Source: Clostridia bacterium (GTDB lineage Bacteria > Bacillota > Clostridia > Oscillospirales > CAG-272). Taken from it: a DNA stretch of 64,000 nucleotides. Below the pieces are notes generated by a model. The model worked only from the letters and a program-made list of their open reading frames with translations. It ran no database searches and was not told the DNA's origin. The position numbers and the translations under genes are program-made. The stretch spans positions 1,388-65,387 of the forward strand of contig JAFVQL010000078.1 of NCBI GenBank assembly GCA_017504785.1, given 5' to 3'. Position 1 is the first letter of the stretch. Each line of letters starts with the position of its first letter. Below are positions 17,309 through 25,449 of this stretch, piece by piece.

Positions 17309-17559
17309 TGCATTGTCCCTATTGCGAAGGTGAAATGGAGAAGGGCTTGATTCAAAGCCCGCATGAGATCAGCTGGATAAAGGGCGAAAAGCGCAAGATG
17401 CTCGGCAGAGCCCGCTTTCATAAGGATTGTGTCGTGCTTTCGGAGCTTTCGTTTATGAAAGGCTCTGCTTGTGTTGCCTATCATTGCCCAACTTGTCAAA
17501 AGATCGTCATCGATTATATAGATGGTAAAAACGATTTGAACGCAAAAAATGCCGATTGA
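17308..17559 (+). CDS. Small zinc-ribbon protein
   Basis: 83 aa with two CxxC pairs (CPYC at the N-terminus, CPTC near the C-terminus). The start overlaps the upstream stop (TAATG). Confidence 0.55.
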   Translation: MHCPYCEGEMEKGLIQSPHEISWIKGEKRKMLGRARFHKDCVVLSELSFMKGSACVAYHCPTCQKIVIDYIDGKNDLNAKNAD

Positions 17560-17598
17560 GGCGGCGAGCGGTCGATCGAAAGAAAAGAGTAAGAAAAA

Positions 17599-17955
17599 TT
17601 GAAACGTCGCTTAAAGAAAATACTTGCCTTTTTCGCCAATCCCCGACTGCTTCTGTGCTTAGGATTGGCTTGGATCATCACGAACGGTTGGTCCTATATC
17701 CTGCTCGGCCTTGGCGTGCTTTTGGACGTTGCTTGGATGAGGGCTGTCGCGAGCGCGTATCTTGCGTTTTTGTGGATCCCCCTAACGCCCGAGAAGATAC
17801 TTACCGTTATGATAGCGATCTTTCTTCTGCGGTGCTTTTTCCCAAAGGACGAAAAAACGCTCGGGATCTTAAGAGATATGTTCGGCAAGATAAAAGCCAA
17901 GGCGAAGAAAACAAAAAAAGAAACAGAACAAAAACAAAACGATAAAACGGAGTAA
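17599..17955 (+). CDS. Hypothetical membrane protein with a Lys-rich tail
   Basis: 118 aa with a TTG start and 2-3 TM helices (LLLCLGLAWIITNGWSYILLGLGVLL..., AYLAFLWIPL...). I chose it over the Arg-rich overlapping frame 17556-17945. Confidence 0.5.
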   Translation: MKRRLKKILAFFANPRLLLCLGLAWIITNGWSYILLGLGVLLDVAWMRAVASAYLAFLWIPLTPEKILTVMIAIFLLRCFFPKDEKTLGILRDMFGKIKAKAKKTKKETEQKQNDKTE

Positions 17956-17959
17956 AAAA

Positions 17960-18859
17960 ATGGTACTGGAGCTAAAAAACATTGAAAAGTCCTTCGGTGA
18001 AAAGCGCGTCCTGACGGGCGTTAGCTTCAAGGCCGAGGGCGGCAAGGCGTTCGGTCTGCTCGGCAGAAACGGCGCGGGAAAAACCACGTCCATTCGCATT
18101 CTTATGAATGTGTTTGGTGCGGATGCGGGCGAGGTATTGCTTGACGGAAAGCCCATCGACTATGAAAAGGTCGGCTTCGGCTATCTGCCCGAGGAACGCG
18201 GACTCTATCCGAAAAAGCGCGTGATCGATCAGCTTGTGTATTTTGCCGAGCTGAAGGGAATGGAGCATAAGGCGGCGATCGAGGCCGTGGATTATTGGCT
18301 CGCAAGACTCGGCATGAGCGAATACCGTAACAAGAAGCTTGATACGCTTTCCAAGGGCAATCAGCAGAAGATCCAGCTCGTGACCGCACTTTCGCACGAT
18401 CCCGAGATCGTGATCCTTGACGAGCCGTTTTCGGGGCTCGACCCCGTGAACGCGATGCTTCTCAAGGACGTCGTGCGCGAGGAAATCGGAAAGGGAAAGA
18501 TCGTTCTTTTCTCCAGCCATCAGATGAGCTATATTGAGGAATTTTGCGACAGCATCGCGATCATACATAAAGGAGAGGTCGTTTTGCACGGCGATCTGAA
18601 GGACATAAAGTACAGCTATTCGCGCGATAAGCTCGTGATCGCAAGCCCCGAGGCAGACCGCATCCGTGCGGATTTCGGCGCGGCGGCAACTAAGACACAG
18701 GACGGAGCGGTGCTTTTGCGCCTTTCGGATCCTGCCGAGAAGCAGTCGGTGATGCGCCGTCTTGCGGAAAATTATGAGATCGACGGCATGAAGGTCTTTG
18801 AGCCGTCCTTAAATGATATTTTTGTGGAATATGCAAGTGAGGAGGGAGCAGAGAAATGA
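17960..18859 (+). CDS. ABC transporter ATP-binding protein (ABC-2/NatA-like)
   Basis: 299 aa with Walker A GRNGAGKTT, signature LSKGNQQK and Walker B VILDEPFSGLD. Confidence 0.9.
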   Translation: MVLELKNIEKSFGEKRVLTGVSFKAEGGKAFGLLGRNGAGKTTSIRILMNVFGADAGEVLLDGKPIDYEKVGFGYLPEERGLYPKKRVIDQLVYFAELKGMEHKAAIEAVDYWLARLGMSEYRNKKLDTLSKGNQQKIQLVTALSHDPEIVILDEPFSGLDPVNAMLLKDVVREEIGKGKIVLFSSHQMSYIEEFCDSIAIIHKGEVVLHGDLKDIKYSYSRDKLVIASPEADRIRADFGAAATKTQDGAVLLRLSDPAEKQSVMRRLAENYEIDGMKVFEPSLNDIFVEYASEEGAEK

Positions 18860-20109
18860 AGCAGTTCGGAAAAATCTTTAAATTTGAATTTCTCGGTTAT
18901 CTTCGTAACAAGATCTTCGTGGGTATCACGGTGTTTTTCGTCATTGCCATCGCGGTCGGTATGTTCATCCCCAACATGATCGCGGCGTTTTCCTCGGATG
19001 CGCCCGATGTGGGAGGAGAGGGCGAGCCGCTACCGATGATGCTGATCGCTTCGGAGCAGGATGGACTTGCCGAGGGGATCGCTGCGTATTTTGCCGCCGC
19101 CTTTACCGATTATGAGGTGAAGGCCACGGGCGAGGCCGCCGATGCGGTCAAGGATAAGGTTGAGAGCGGAGAGGCTGCGTGTGCCTTCGTTTTTGACTCG
19201 CTTTCCTCTTTTACGTATTATGTGGAAAACCTCTCTATGTACGATATGAATACCGAGATCGCGGCGGCAACGCTGAAAACGGCATTGCAGATCGATATGC
19301 TTGGAAAACTCGGCCTTTCGCCCGAGCAGGCGTCCGCCGTGCTTTCCGCCGCCGTGGAGAGCCGTACGGAGGCACTTGGCAAAAATCAGATGGATAATTT
19401 CTTCTACACCTACATTATGATCTTTGCGCTTTATATGGTGATCCTGCTGTATGGACAGATGGTCGCCACCAACGTGGCAAACGAGAAGAGCTCCCGTGCC
19501 ATGGAGGTGCTCGTTACGAGCGCAAAGCCCACGGCGATGATGTTCGGAAAGGTGCTTGCCTCCTGCTTTGCGGGCTTTGCACAGCTGGTTTTGATCTTCG
19601 GCTCTGCCATCGTTTTTTATAACCTCAATCGCGAGAATCTCGACAACCCGATCATATCCTCCATCTTCGATATTCCGATCGGTCTGTTTGCCTATATGAT
19701 TGCATTCTTCATCCTCGGATTTTTGATCTACGCCTTCCTCTTTGGCGCGATCGGCTCCACGGCATCGAAGCTGGAGGATATCAATACCTCGGTCATGCCG
19801 ATCACCTTCCTTTTCGTCATTGGCTTCATGGTGGTTATGTTCTCCATGGCAGGCGGCTCGGTCGATAATGCGGCCATGAAGATCTGCTCCTTCGTGCCGT
19901 TCACCTCGCCGATGGCAATGTTCACGCGCATTGCCATGAGCACCGTGCCTTGGTACGAGATCGCGATCTCGATCGGGCTTCTTGCGGGCTCAGTGATCGG
20001 TATCGGCGTGCTCTCCGCGCGCATCTACCGCGTCGGCGTGCTTCTTTACGGCACCCCCCCGAAGCTGACGAAGATCCTCGCGACCGTTTTCGCGAAGCAG
20101 AAAAAATAA
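18856..20109 (+). CDS. ABC-2 family permease (NatB-like)
   Basis: 417 aa. It has an N-terminal TM helix, a large extracytoplasmic loop and then about 5 TM helices. It has a 4-nt overlap with the ATPase gene. Confidence 0.8.
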   Translation: MKQFGKIFKFEFLGYLRNKIFVGITVFFVIAIAVGMFIPNMIAAFSSDAPDVGGEGEPLPMMLIASEQDGLAEGIAAYFAAAFTDYEVKATGEAADAVKDKVESGEAACAFVFDSLSSFTYYVENLSMYDMNTEIAAATLKTALQIDMLGKLGLSPEQASAVLSAAVESRTEALGKNQMDNFFYTYIMIFALYMVILLYGQMVATNVANEKSSRAMEVLVTSAKPTAMMFGKVLASCFAGFAQLVLIFGSAIVFYNLNRENLDNPIISSIFDIPIGLFAYMIAFFILGFLIYAFLFGAIGSTASKLEDINTSVMPITFLFVIGFMVVMFSMAGGSVDNAAMKICSFVPFTSPMAMFTRIAMSTVPWYEIAISIGLLAGSVIGIGVLSARIYRVGVLLYGTPPKLTKILATVFAKQKK

Positions 20110-20130
20110 ATCCTTGGCAAAAAGCAAGGT

Positions 20131-20166
20131 GGCGGCACGGAAAAAGTGCCGCTGCCTTTTTTCTTT
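20131..20166 (+). terminator. Intrinsic terminator after the ABC-2 permease
   Basis: GGCGGCAC-GGAAAAA-GTGCCGC(T)GCC followed by TTTTTTCTTTT. Confidence 0.75.
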
Positions 20167-20211
20167 TCCCGCAATAAAAATATTCCCGCCTGCCTTTTTC
20201 CCCTTTATCTC

Positions 20212-20240
20212 TTGACTTTTATTTCTACTTAATTTATAAT
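20212..20240 (+). promoter_or_regulatory. Consensus sigma-A promoter of aspS
   Basis: TTGACT (20212-20217), exactly 17 nt, then TATAAT (20235-20240). The ATG lies 41 nt downstream. Confidence 0.65.
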
Positions 20241-20280
20241 AGTAAAAGATAAGCATGTTTTCAAAAGAAAGGACGAAACA

Positions 20281-21567
20281 ATGGAAAGAACCTATATCAA
20301 GGACGTTGCCCCCGGCGTGTGCCGTGTCAGCGGCTTCGTTGAAAATTTCCGCAATAAGAAAACGATGGCGTTCATCGTTGTCAAGGATATTACAGGAAAG
20401 CTGCAGGTAACGGTGGAGAAGGAAAAGCACCCCGAGATGATCGATATGCTCGATAAGCTCACCCCCCAGTCGGTCGTTACCTTCGAGGGCGAGGTGGTTC
20501 TCAGCGAGTACGTAAAGATGGGCGGCAAGGAGATGTATCCTTCCGTGATGAAGATCGAGTCGCTGGCAGAGGCCATTCCGATCAAGGATGATTCCGAGAT
20601 CGACGTAAAGATGGACTATCGCTGGATCGACCTTCGCCGTGACGTCAATCACCTGATGCTGAAGCTGCAGACGACATTGACTGCCGCAATGCGCGAATTT
20701 TTGGTCGAGCGCAACTTCATCGAGATCCATACCCCCAAGCTCATCGGTGCGGCAAGTGAGTCCGGCTCCGACGTTTTTGAGGTAAAGTATTTTGATACCA
20801 AGGCGTACCTTGCACAGTCGCCCCAGTTCTATAAGCAGATGGCAATGGCGGCAGGCGTGGAGCGCATCTTTGAGACCGGTCCCGTATTCCGCGCAGAGAA
20901 GTCTTACACCAATAAGCATGCCACCGAGTTCACCGGCTTCGATCTTGAGTTCTCCTATATCGATAGCTTTGAGGACGTTATGAAGATGGAGGAGGAGCTT
21001 CTTGCCTATGCGCTTGCAAAGGTCAAGGAGGCGCACGGAGAGGAGATCGAGGCGACGTTCGGTACGCCCGTTGTCGTTCCCTCGCTTCCGTTCCCCAGAA
21101 TGAAGCTTTGCGACGTTTATAAGGAGCTTGAGCAGCGTTACGGATACACGGTCCCCGACGAGCTGAAGGGTGACCTGACCACCGATGCCGAGCGTCTGAC
21201 GAAGAAGCTCTGCGAGGAGAAGTACGGTCACGAGTTCCTTTTCATCACCGATTACGATGCAAAGGAAAGAGCCTTCTATCACATGAGAGACGAGAATGGC
21301 GTTCCCCAGGGATACGACCTGATCTGGCGTGGCGTGGAGATCACCACGGGCGCGCAGAGAGAGCATCGCCATGACGTGCTTTTGAAGCAGGCAGAGGAGA
21401 AGGGCCTTGCGAAGGACGTAGAGTTCTATCTTCGGTTCTTCAAGTACGGATGCCCGCCGCACGGTGGCTTCGGTATCGGTATTGACAGACTGACCATGCT
21501 CTTCCTCGGCCTTTCCATCAAGGAGGTTCAGTTCCTCTTCCGCGGACCGAACCGTTTGACTCCGTAA
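20281..21567 (+). CDS. aspS: Aspartate--tRNA ligase, archaeal/eukaryotic type (class IIb, short form)
   Basis: 428 aa. Motifs ...FIEIHTPKLIGAASESG..., ...YLAQSPQFYKQ..., FRAEKSYTNKHATEF, ...GAQREHRHDVLLKQAEEKGL...FYLRFFKYGCPPHGGFGIGIDRL...FLFRGPNRLTP align closely with archaeal-type AspRS. Confidence 0.88.
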   Translation: MERTYIKDVAPGVCRVSGFVENFRNKKTMAFIVVKDITGKLQVTVEKEKHPEMIDMLDKLTPQSVVTFEGEVVLSEYVKMGGKEMYPSVMKIESLAEAIPIKDDSEIDVKMDYRWIDLRRDVNHLMLKLQTTLTAAMREFLVERNFIEIHTPKLIGAASESGSDVFEVKYFDTKAYLAQSPQFYKQMAMAAGVERIFETGPVFRAEKSYTNKHATEFTGFDLEFSYIDSFEDVMKMEEELLAYALAKVKEAHGEEIEATFGTPVVVPSLPFPRMKLCDVYKELEQRYGYTVPDELKGDLTTDAERLTKKLCEEKYGHEFLFITDYDAKERAFYHMRDENGVPQGYDLIWRGVEITTGAQREHRHDVLLKQAEEKGLAKDVEFYLRFFKYGCPPHGGFGIGIDRLTMLFLGLSIKEVQFLFRGPNRLTP

Positions 21568-21609
21568 TTTTAAAAAATTAAAAATAAAACCCGAAAGGAA
21601 ATAAAAAAA

Positions 21610-22248
21610 ATGAAAATTGCTTTGATCAATGAAAACAGCCAGGCGGCGAAAAACGCCCTGATCTGTGACACTCTTAAAAAGGTAGTCGAGCCCCTTGGTC
21701 ACGAGGTGTTCAACTACGGTATGTATTCCGCAGAGGATAAGGAGCAGCTGACCTATGTGCAGATCGGCATTCTCTCCGCCGTTCTTCTGAACTCCGGCGC
21801 ATGTGACCTCGTTATCACGGGTTGCGGCACGGGTGAGGGCGCAATGCTCGCCTGCAACTCCTTCCCCGGCGTTCTTTGCGGCCACGTTGTAGATCCCACC
21901 GATGCATATCAGTTTACCCAGGTAAACAACGGTAACGCGATCGCAATGCCCTTTGCAAAGGGCTGGGGCTGGGGCTGCGAGCTGAACCTTCAGTACGTAT
22001 TCGAGAAGCTCTTCGTTTCCGAGTGGGGCCTTGGCTATCCCAGAGAAAGAGCCGTTCCCGAGCAGAGAAATAAGAAGATCCTCGACGAGGTGAAGAAGGT
22101 AACGCACACCGATATCTGCTACATTCTTGAGAATCTTGACCGCGAGCTCGTTCTCGGCGCGCTTGGCACCAAGAACTTCAAGGAGCTGTTCTTTGCGAAC
22201 TGCAAGTGCGAAAGAATCGCAGAGTGCGTAAAGAAGATCCTCGCATAA
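21610..22248 (+). CDS. RpiB/LacA/LacB-family sugar-phosphate isomerase-like protein with C-terminal extension
   Basis: 212 aa. The motif ...DLVITGCGTGEGAMLACNSFPGV... resembles the RpiB active-site loop. It is about 60 aa longer than canonical RpiB. Confidence 0.6.
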   Translation: MKIALINENSQAAKNALICDTLKKVVEPLGHEVFNYGMYSAEDKEQLTYVQIGILSAVLLNSGACDLVITGCGTGEGAMLACNSFPGVLCGHVVDPTDAYQFTQVNNGNAIAMPFAKGWGWGCELNLQYVFEKLFVSEWGLGYPRERAVPEQRNKKILDEVKKVTHTDICYILENLDRELVLGALGTKNFKELFFANCKCERIAECVKKILA

Positions 22249-22254
22249 AAACGA

Positions 22255-22292
22255 TTGCCGAGCTGAAGCGCTTTTGTTTTGGCTCGGCATTT
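22255..22292 (+). terminator. Putative intrinsic terminator
   Basis: TGCCGAGC ... GCTCGGCA has an 8-bp stem and an 18-nt loop, followed by TTTT. Confidence 0.5.
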
Positions 22293-22369
22293 TAAAACCT
22301 GTTTTTGTCAATAATTGTTGTCAAAAGTGAACTGTTTTATTAAAAAAACAAGAAAGTGAGAGATCAGAA

Positions 22370-23332
22370 ATGAATTTTTTGCGTTTTCTTGAATCGATCA
22401 GAACGCCGTTTCTCGATTGGTTCTTTTCCTTGATCACCGAGATCGGCGGCGAGACGGTGCTCTTGGTTCTTGGCTTTGCCTTCTTTTGGTGCATCGATAA
22501 AAAGCAAGGGTATTTCACGCTCCTTTGCGGCCTTTTCGGCACGGTGGTGAACCAAGGACTGAAGCTTATGTGTAAGGTGCCGCGCCCATGGGTGCTCGAT
22601 GAGAATTTCACGATCGTGGAAAGTGCGCGCGAGGCGGCGACGGGGTATTCCTTTCCCTCGGGACATACGCAGAACGTCGCAGGCACCTTCGGCAGCCTTG
22701 CCGTCGGTCAGCGCAAGCATAAATGGGTGGTGATCGCCTCAGCCGCGATCATCGTGTTGGTTGCATTCTCCCGTATGTACCTCGGCGTGCATACGCCGGC
22801 GGACGTGCTGACGTCTCTTGCTCTGGCACTCGGATTGATCCTTCTTCTGCGCCCCGTATTCGCGTCGGATGAGAATTTTCGCCGCTATATGCCCTACGTC
22901 GTGGTGGTCGGATGCGCTTTGACGGTGGCGCTCCTTCTTTACGTGTTCCTTCTGCCTGCCGAGGGAGTGGATGCCTTAAACCTTTCCAGCGCGAAAAAGA
23001 ATGCTTGCACTCTCTTCGGCGCTGTGCTCGGTCTTGTTGCCGTATTCTTCCTTGAAAAGCTTCTCGGAGATTTCGATACCCGTGCCGTTTGGTACGTGCA
23101 GGTGATCAAGCTGGTCGGCGGCTTTGCCGTCGTGCTTCTTATCAAGGAGCTGCTTCGCGCACCGCTCAATTTCATCTGCTTCGGTAACGAATACGTCGGC
23201 CGTTCGCTCCGATATTTTCTGATGGTGGTTTTCGCGGGCGGCGTCTGGCCCATGACCTTTAAGCACCTCTCAAAGATCCGCATTGCCGCTTTGGACCGTA
23301 TCGGCAAGCGTGCAGACGGTGGCGAAAAATAA
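22370..23332 (+). CDS. PAP2-superfamily membrane phosphatase
   Basis: 320 aa and multi-TM, with the tripartite acid-phosphatase motif KVPRPW ... PSGHT ... SRMYLGVHTPADV. Confidence 0.85.
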   Translation: MNFLRFLESIRTPFLDWFFSLITEIGGETVLLVLGFAFFWCIDKKQGYFTLLCGLFGTVVNQGLKLMCKVPRPWVLDENFTIVESAREAATGYSFPSGHTQNVAGTFGSLAVGQRKHKWVVIASAAIIVLVAFSRMYLGVHTPADVLTSLALALGLILLLRPVFASDENFRRYMPYVVVVGCALTVALLLYVFLLPAEGVDALNLSSAKKNACTLFGAVLGLVAVFFLEKLLGDFDTRAVWYVQVIKLVGGFAVVLLIKELLRAPLNFICFGNEYVGRSLRYFLMVVFAGGVWPMTFKHLSKIRIAALDRIGKRADGGEK

Positions 23333-23353
23333 GTCTTTTTCCGAAAAATATTT

Positions 23354-23395
23354 GGCGAAGATATCCGAAAGGGCGGGTATCTTCGCCCTTTTTTT
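23354..23395 (+). terminator. Intrinsic terminator after the PAP2 gene
   Basis: A perfect 10-bp stem GGCGAAGATA / TATCTTCGCC followed by CTTTTTTT. Confidence 0.75.
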
Positions 23396-23425
23396 ATGTA
23401 GTTTATAAAAATATTTTCAAAAGTC

Positions 23426-23454
23426 TTTACTTTTATATTTTTTTGTGATAAAAT
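23426..23454 (+). promoter_or_regulatory. Putative promoter (extended -10) of the nrdR block
   Basis: TTTACT, a 17-nt spacer ending TGA, then TAAAAT (23449-23454). Confidence 0.4.
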
Positions 23455-23506
23455 ATATACACTCCATAATAGGGGAATTTTTGGGTTCTACCGAGGAAAT
23501 AAGACT

Positions 23507-23965
23507 ATGAAATGTCCGGCGTGTGGTCAGCGAGAATCGCGTGTATTGGATTCGCGTCCCGTGGAAGAGGATTCCAGCATCAAGCGCAGAAGAGAATGCG
23601 CCGCTTGCGGAAGAAGATTTACTACCTACGAAGTGGTGGACACTGTGCCGATCGCGGTTGTCAAGCGAAGCGGCGTCCATGAATTTTTTGATAAGCACAA
23701 GTTGAAGCTCGGTATCGAGCGGGCATGCCAGAAGCGCCCCGTGGATGCAGACGAGATCGCAAATGAGATCGAGGCAGATCTGCAGAATGCTATCGTGACG
23801 GAGATATCCTCGAAAGATATCGGCGAGATGGTGCTCACAAGGCTTAGGGAACGTGACATCGTATCCTATATTCGCTTTGCCTCGGTGTATCGCGAATTCA
23901 GGGATATTGATTCCTTCATGGAAGAGATTCGCCGTCTGAATAAAAAGAGCAAAAAAGAGAAGTGA
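23507..23965 (+). CDS. nrdR: Transcriptional repressor NrdR
   Basis: 152 aa, MKCPACGQRESRVLDSRPVEEDSSIKRRRECAACGRRFTTYE (zinc ribbon) followed by an ATP-cone. Confidence 0.95.
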   Translation: MKCPACGQRESRVLDSRPVEEDSSIKRRRECAACGRRFTTYEVVDTVPIAVVKRSGVHEFFDKHKLKLGIERACQKRPVDADEIANEIEADLQNAIVTEISSKDIGEMVLTRLRERDIVSYIRFASVYREFRDIDSFMEEIRRLNKKSKKEK

Positions 23966-23975
23966 GACAAGGGCT

Positions 23976-24863
23976 ATGATGAAGAGCATGACCGCCTTTG
24001 GCCGCGCCGTGGCCGAGGGGGAAGAAAGAAACGTGACCGTGGAGCTGAAGAGCGTGAATTCGCGCTTCTTCGATGCGAGCGTCAAGCTCCCCCGTGCGTA
24101 CCTCTTCCTTGAGGAAAAGATCAAGGGGCACGTGCAGAAAAACGGTGTTCTCCGCGGTAAAGTGGATATCTTTATCAGCGTCGAGGAAAAGCGCAGGGAA
24201 GAGGGGGCCGCCGTTTTGGACGAGGCGTTTTTGTCCTCGTACCTTGCCTGTCTTTACCGATTGAGAGACGAATATAAGCTGCGTGACGATATCACGGTGA
24301 TGAGCGTTGCAAGGCAGTCGGATATCTTCCGCCGCGAGCGCGGCGCAGAGGATCTCGAGAAGGCGTGGGAGTGGCTTTGCCCCATTCTGGACGAGGCACT
24401 TGTCGGATTCGTGGAAATGCGTAGCCGCGAGGGCGAACGCATTGCGAAGGATATCCTCTCCAAGCTCGAGGGCGTGAGAGCGATCGTTTCCGAGATCGAA
24501 GAAATCTCCAAAAGCGATACCGTCGGCTACCGTGATAAGCTGGAAAGCCGCATCCGCCAGATCCTCACAGAGGCAGAGGTCGCGGTGGATGAAAACCGCC
24601 TTCTCACGGAGTGTGCCATCTGGGCGGATAAGATCGCGATCGACGAGGAGCTGGTTCGCCTGCGCTCGCACTTTGATGCGTTCGTGCAGATCGTGAATGC
24701 GCCCGAACCGTCGGGCAGAAAGCTCGATTTCCTTATGCAGGAAATGAACCGAGAGACCAATACCATCGGCTCAAAGGCGAATAACGCGCAGATTGCCCGT
24801 CTGGTCGTAAGCATCAAGGGCGAGCTTGAAAAAATGCGCGAGCAGATTCAGAACATCGAATAA
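23976..24863 (+). CDS. yicC: YicC-family stress-induced protein
   Basis: 295 aa with N-terminus [11 protein letters not shown]... and C-terminus ...[17 protein letters not shown]... typical of YicC/YloC. Confidence 0.88.
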   Translation: MMKSMTAFGRAVAEGEERNVTVELKSVNSRFFDASVKLPRAYLFLEEKIKGHVQKNGVLRGKVDIFISVEEKRREEGAAVLDEAFLSSYLACLYRLRDEYKLRDDITVMSVARQSDIFRRERGAEDLEKAWEWLCPILDEALVGFVEMRSREGERIAKDILSKLEGVRAIVSEIEEISKSDTVGYRDKLESRIRQILTEAEVAVDENRLLTECAIWADKIAIDEELVRLRSHFDAFVQIVNAPEPSGRKLDFLMQEMNRETNTIGSKANNAQIARLVVSIKGELEKMREQIQNIE

Positions 24864-24873
24864 CGGAGGGCGT

Positions 24874-25137
24874 ATGAAATTTATCAACGTAGGCTTTGGA
24901 AACATGGTGTCCGCCGCGCGCATCGTTGCGATCGCAAGCCCGGACAGTGCGCCGATCAAGCGCCTGATCTCGGATGCCAAGGACGATAACCGTATCATTG
25001 ACGTATCCTGCGGACGCCGCACCCGCGCGATCATCATCACGGATTCCGAGCACGTGATCCTCTCTGCAATTGCGGCAGAAACGATAACCAACCGACTTTC
25101 GATCGACGATACGGAAGCGGATCCCGAAGAAGAATAA
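24874..25137 (+). CDS. remA: RemA/DUF370-family regulatory protein
   Basis: ATG at 24874 after GGAGGG. The sequence is [66 protein letters not shown]. Confidence 0.88.
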   Translation: MKFINVGFGNMVSAARIVAIASPDSAPIKRLISDAKDDNRIIDVSCGRRTRAIIITDSEHVILSAIAAETITNRLSIDDTEADPEEE

Positions 25138-25159
25138 AACGAAACGGAGATATAGAATT

Positions 25160-25423
25160 ATGATGTACCCCACGATTGATGAACTTACCAAGGGCAAGTT
25201 CAACCGCTACGAGCTTGTAGTCGGCGTTGCCAAGTGTGCCCGCATCGTTACGGATGAATACGTAGAGATGCGTAACAAGGCGCAGAAGAGAATCGACAAC
25301 AGGGAGACCGATAAGTCGCTCTTCTCTCAGATCGATCCCGAATACAGAGATCAGAAGGCCGTTCGCATTGCGATCAGCAAGATGGTCGAGGGACGCTTTG
25401 AGATGGCGCGCGAGGAGGAATAA
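25160..25423 (+). CDS. rpoZ: DNA-directed RNA polymerase subunit omega
   Basis: 87 aa with MMYPTIDELTKGKFNRYELVVGVAKCARIV. The conserved position after remA and before priA agrees. Confidence 0.8.
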   Translation: MMYPTIDELTKGKFNRYELVVGVAKCARIVTDEYVEMRNKAQKRIDNRETDKSLFSQIDPEYRDQKAVRIAISKMVEGRFEMAREEE

Positions 25424-25449
25424 AAAATTTTGAAGGGGGAGAGATCGCG

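Noticed and set aside
17556-17945. 129-aa ORF in an alternative frame to 17599-17955
   Set aside because: Its product is Arg-rich and unstructured. The other frame gives a coherent 2-3-TM membrane protein, so I preferred that frame, though confidence is only moderate.
20110-20280. T-box or other leader upstream of aspS
   Set aside because: Only about 40 nt separate the consensus -10 from the ATG. The rest of the gap is taken up by the upstream terminator. No specifier or antiterminator structure is possible.
19990-22311. 773-aa - strand ORF opposite the ABC permease end, aspS and the rpiB-like gene
   Set aside because: The same shadow-ORF effect applies. It crosses two intergenic regions that contain a + strand terminator and a consensus + strand promoter, and aspS on the + strand is unambiguous.
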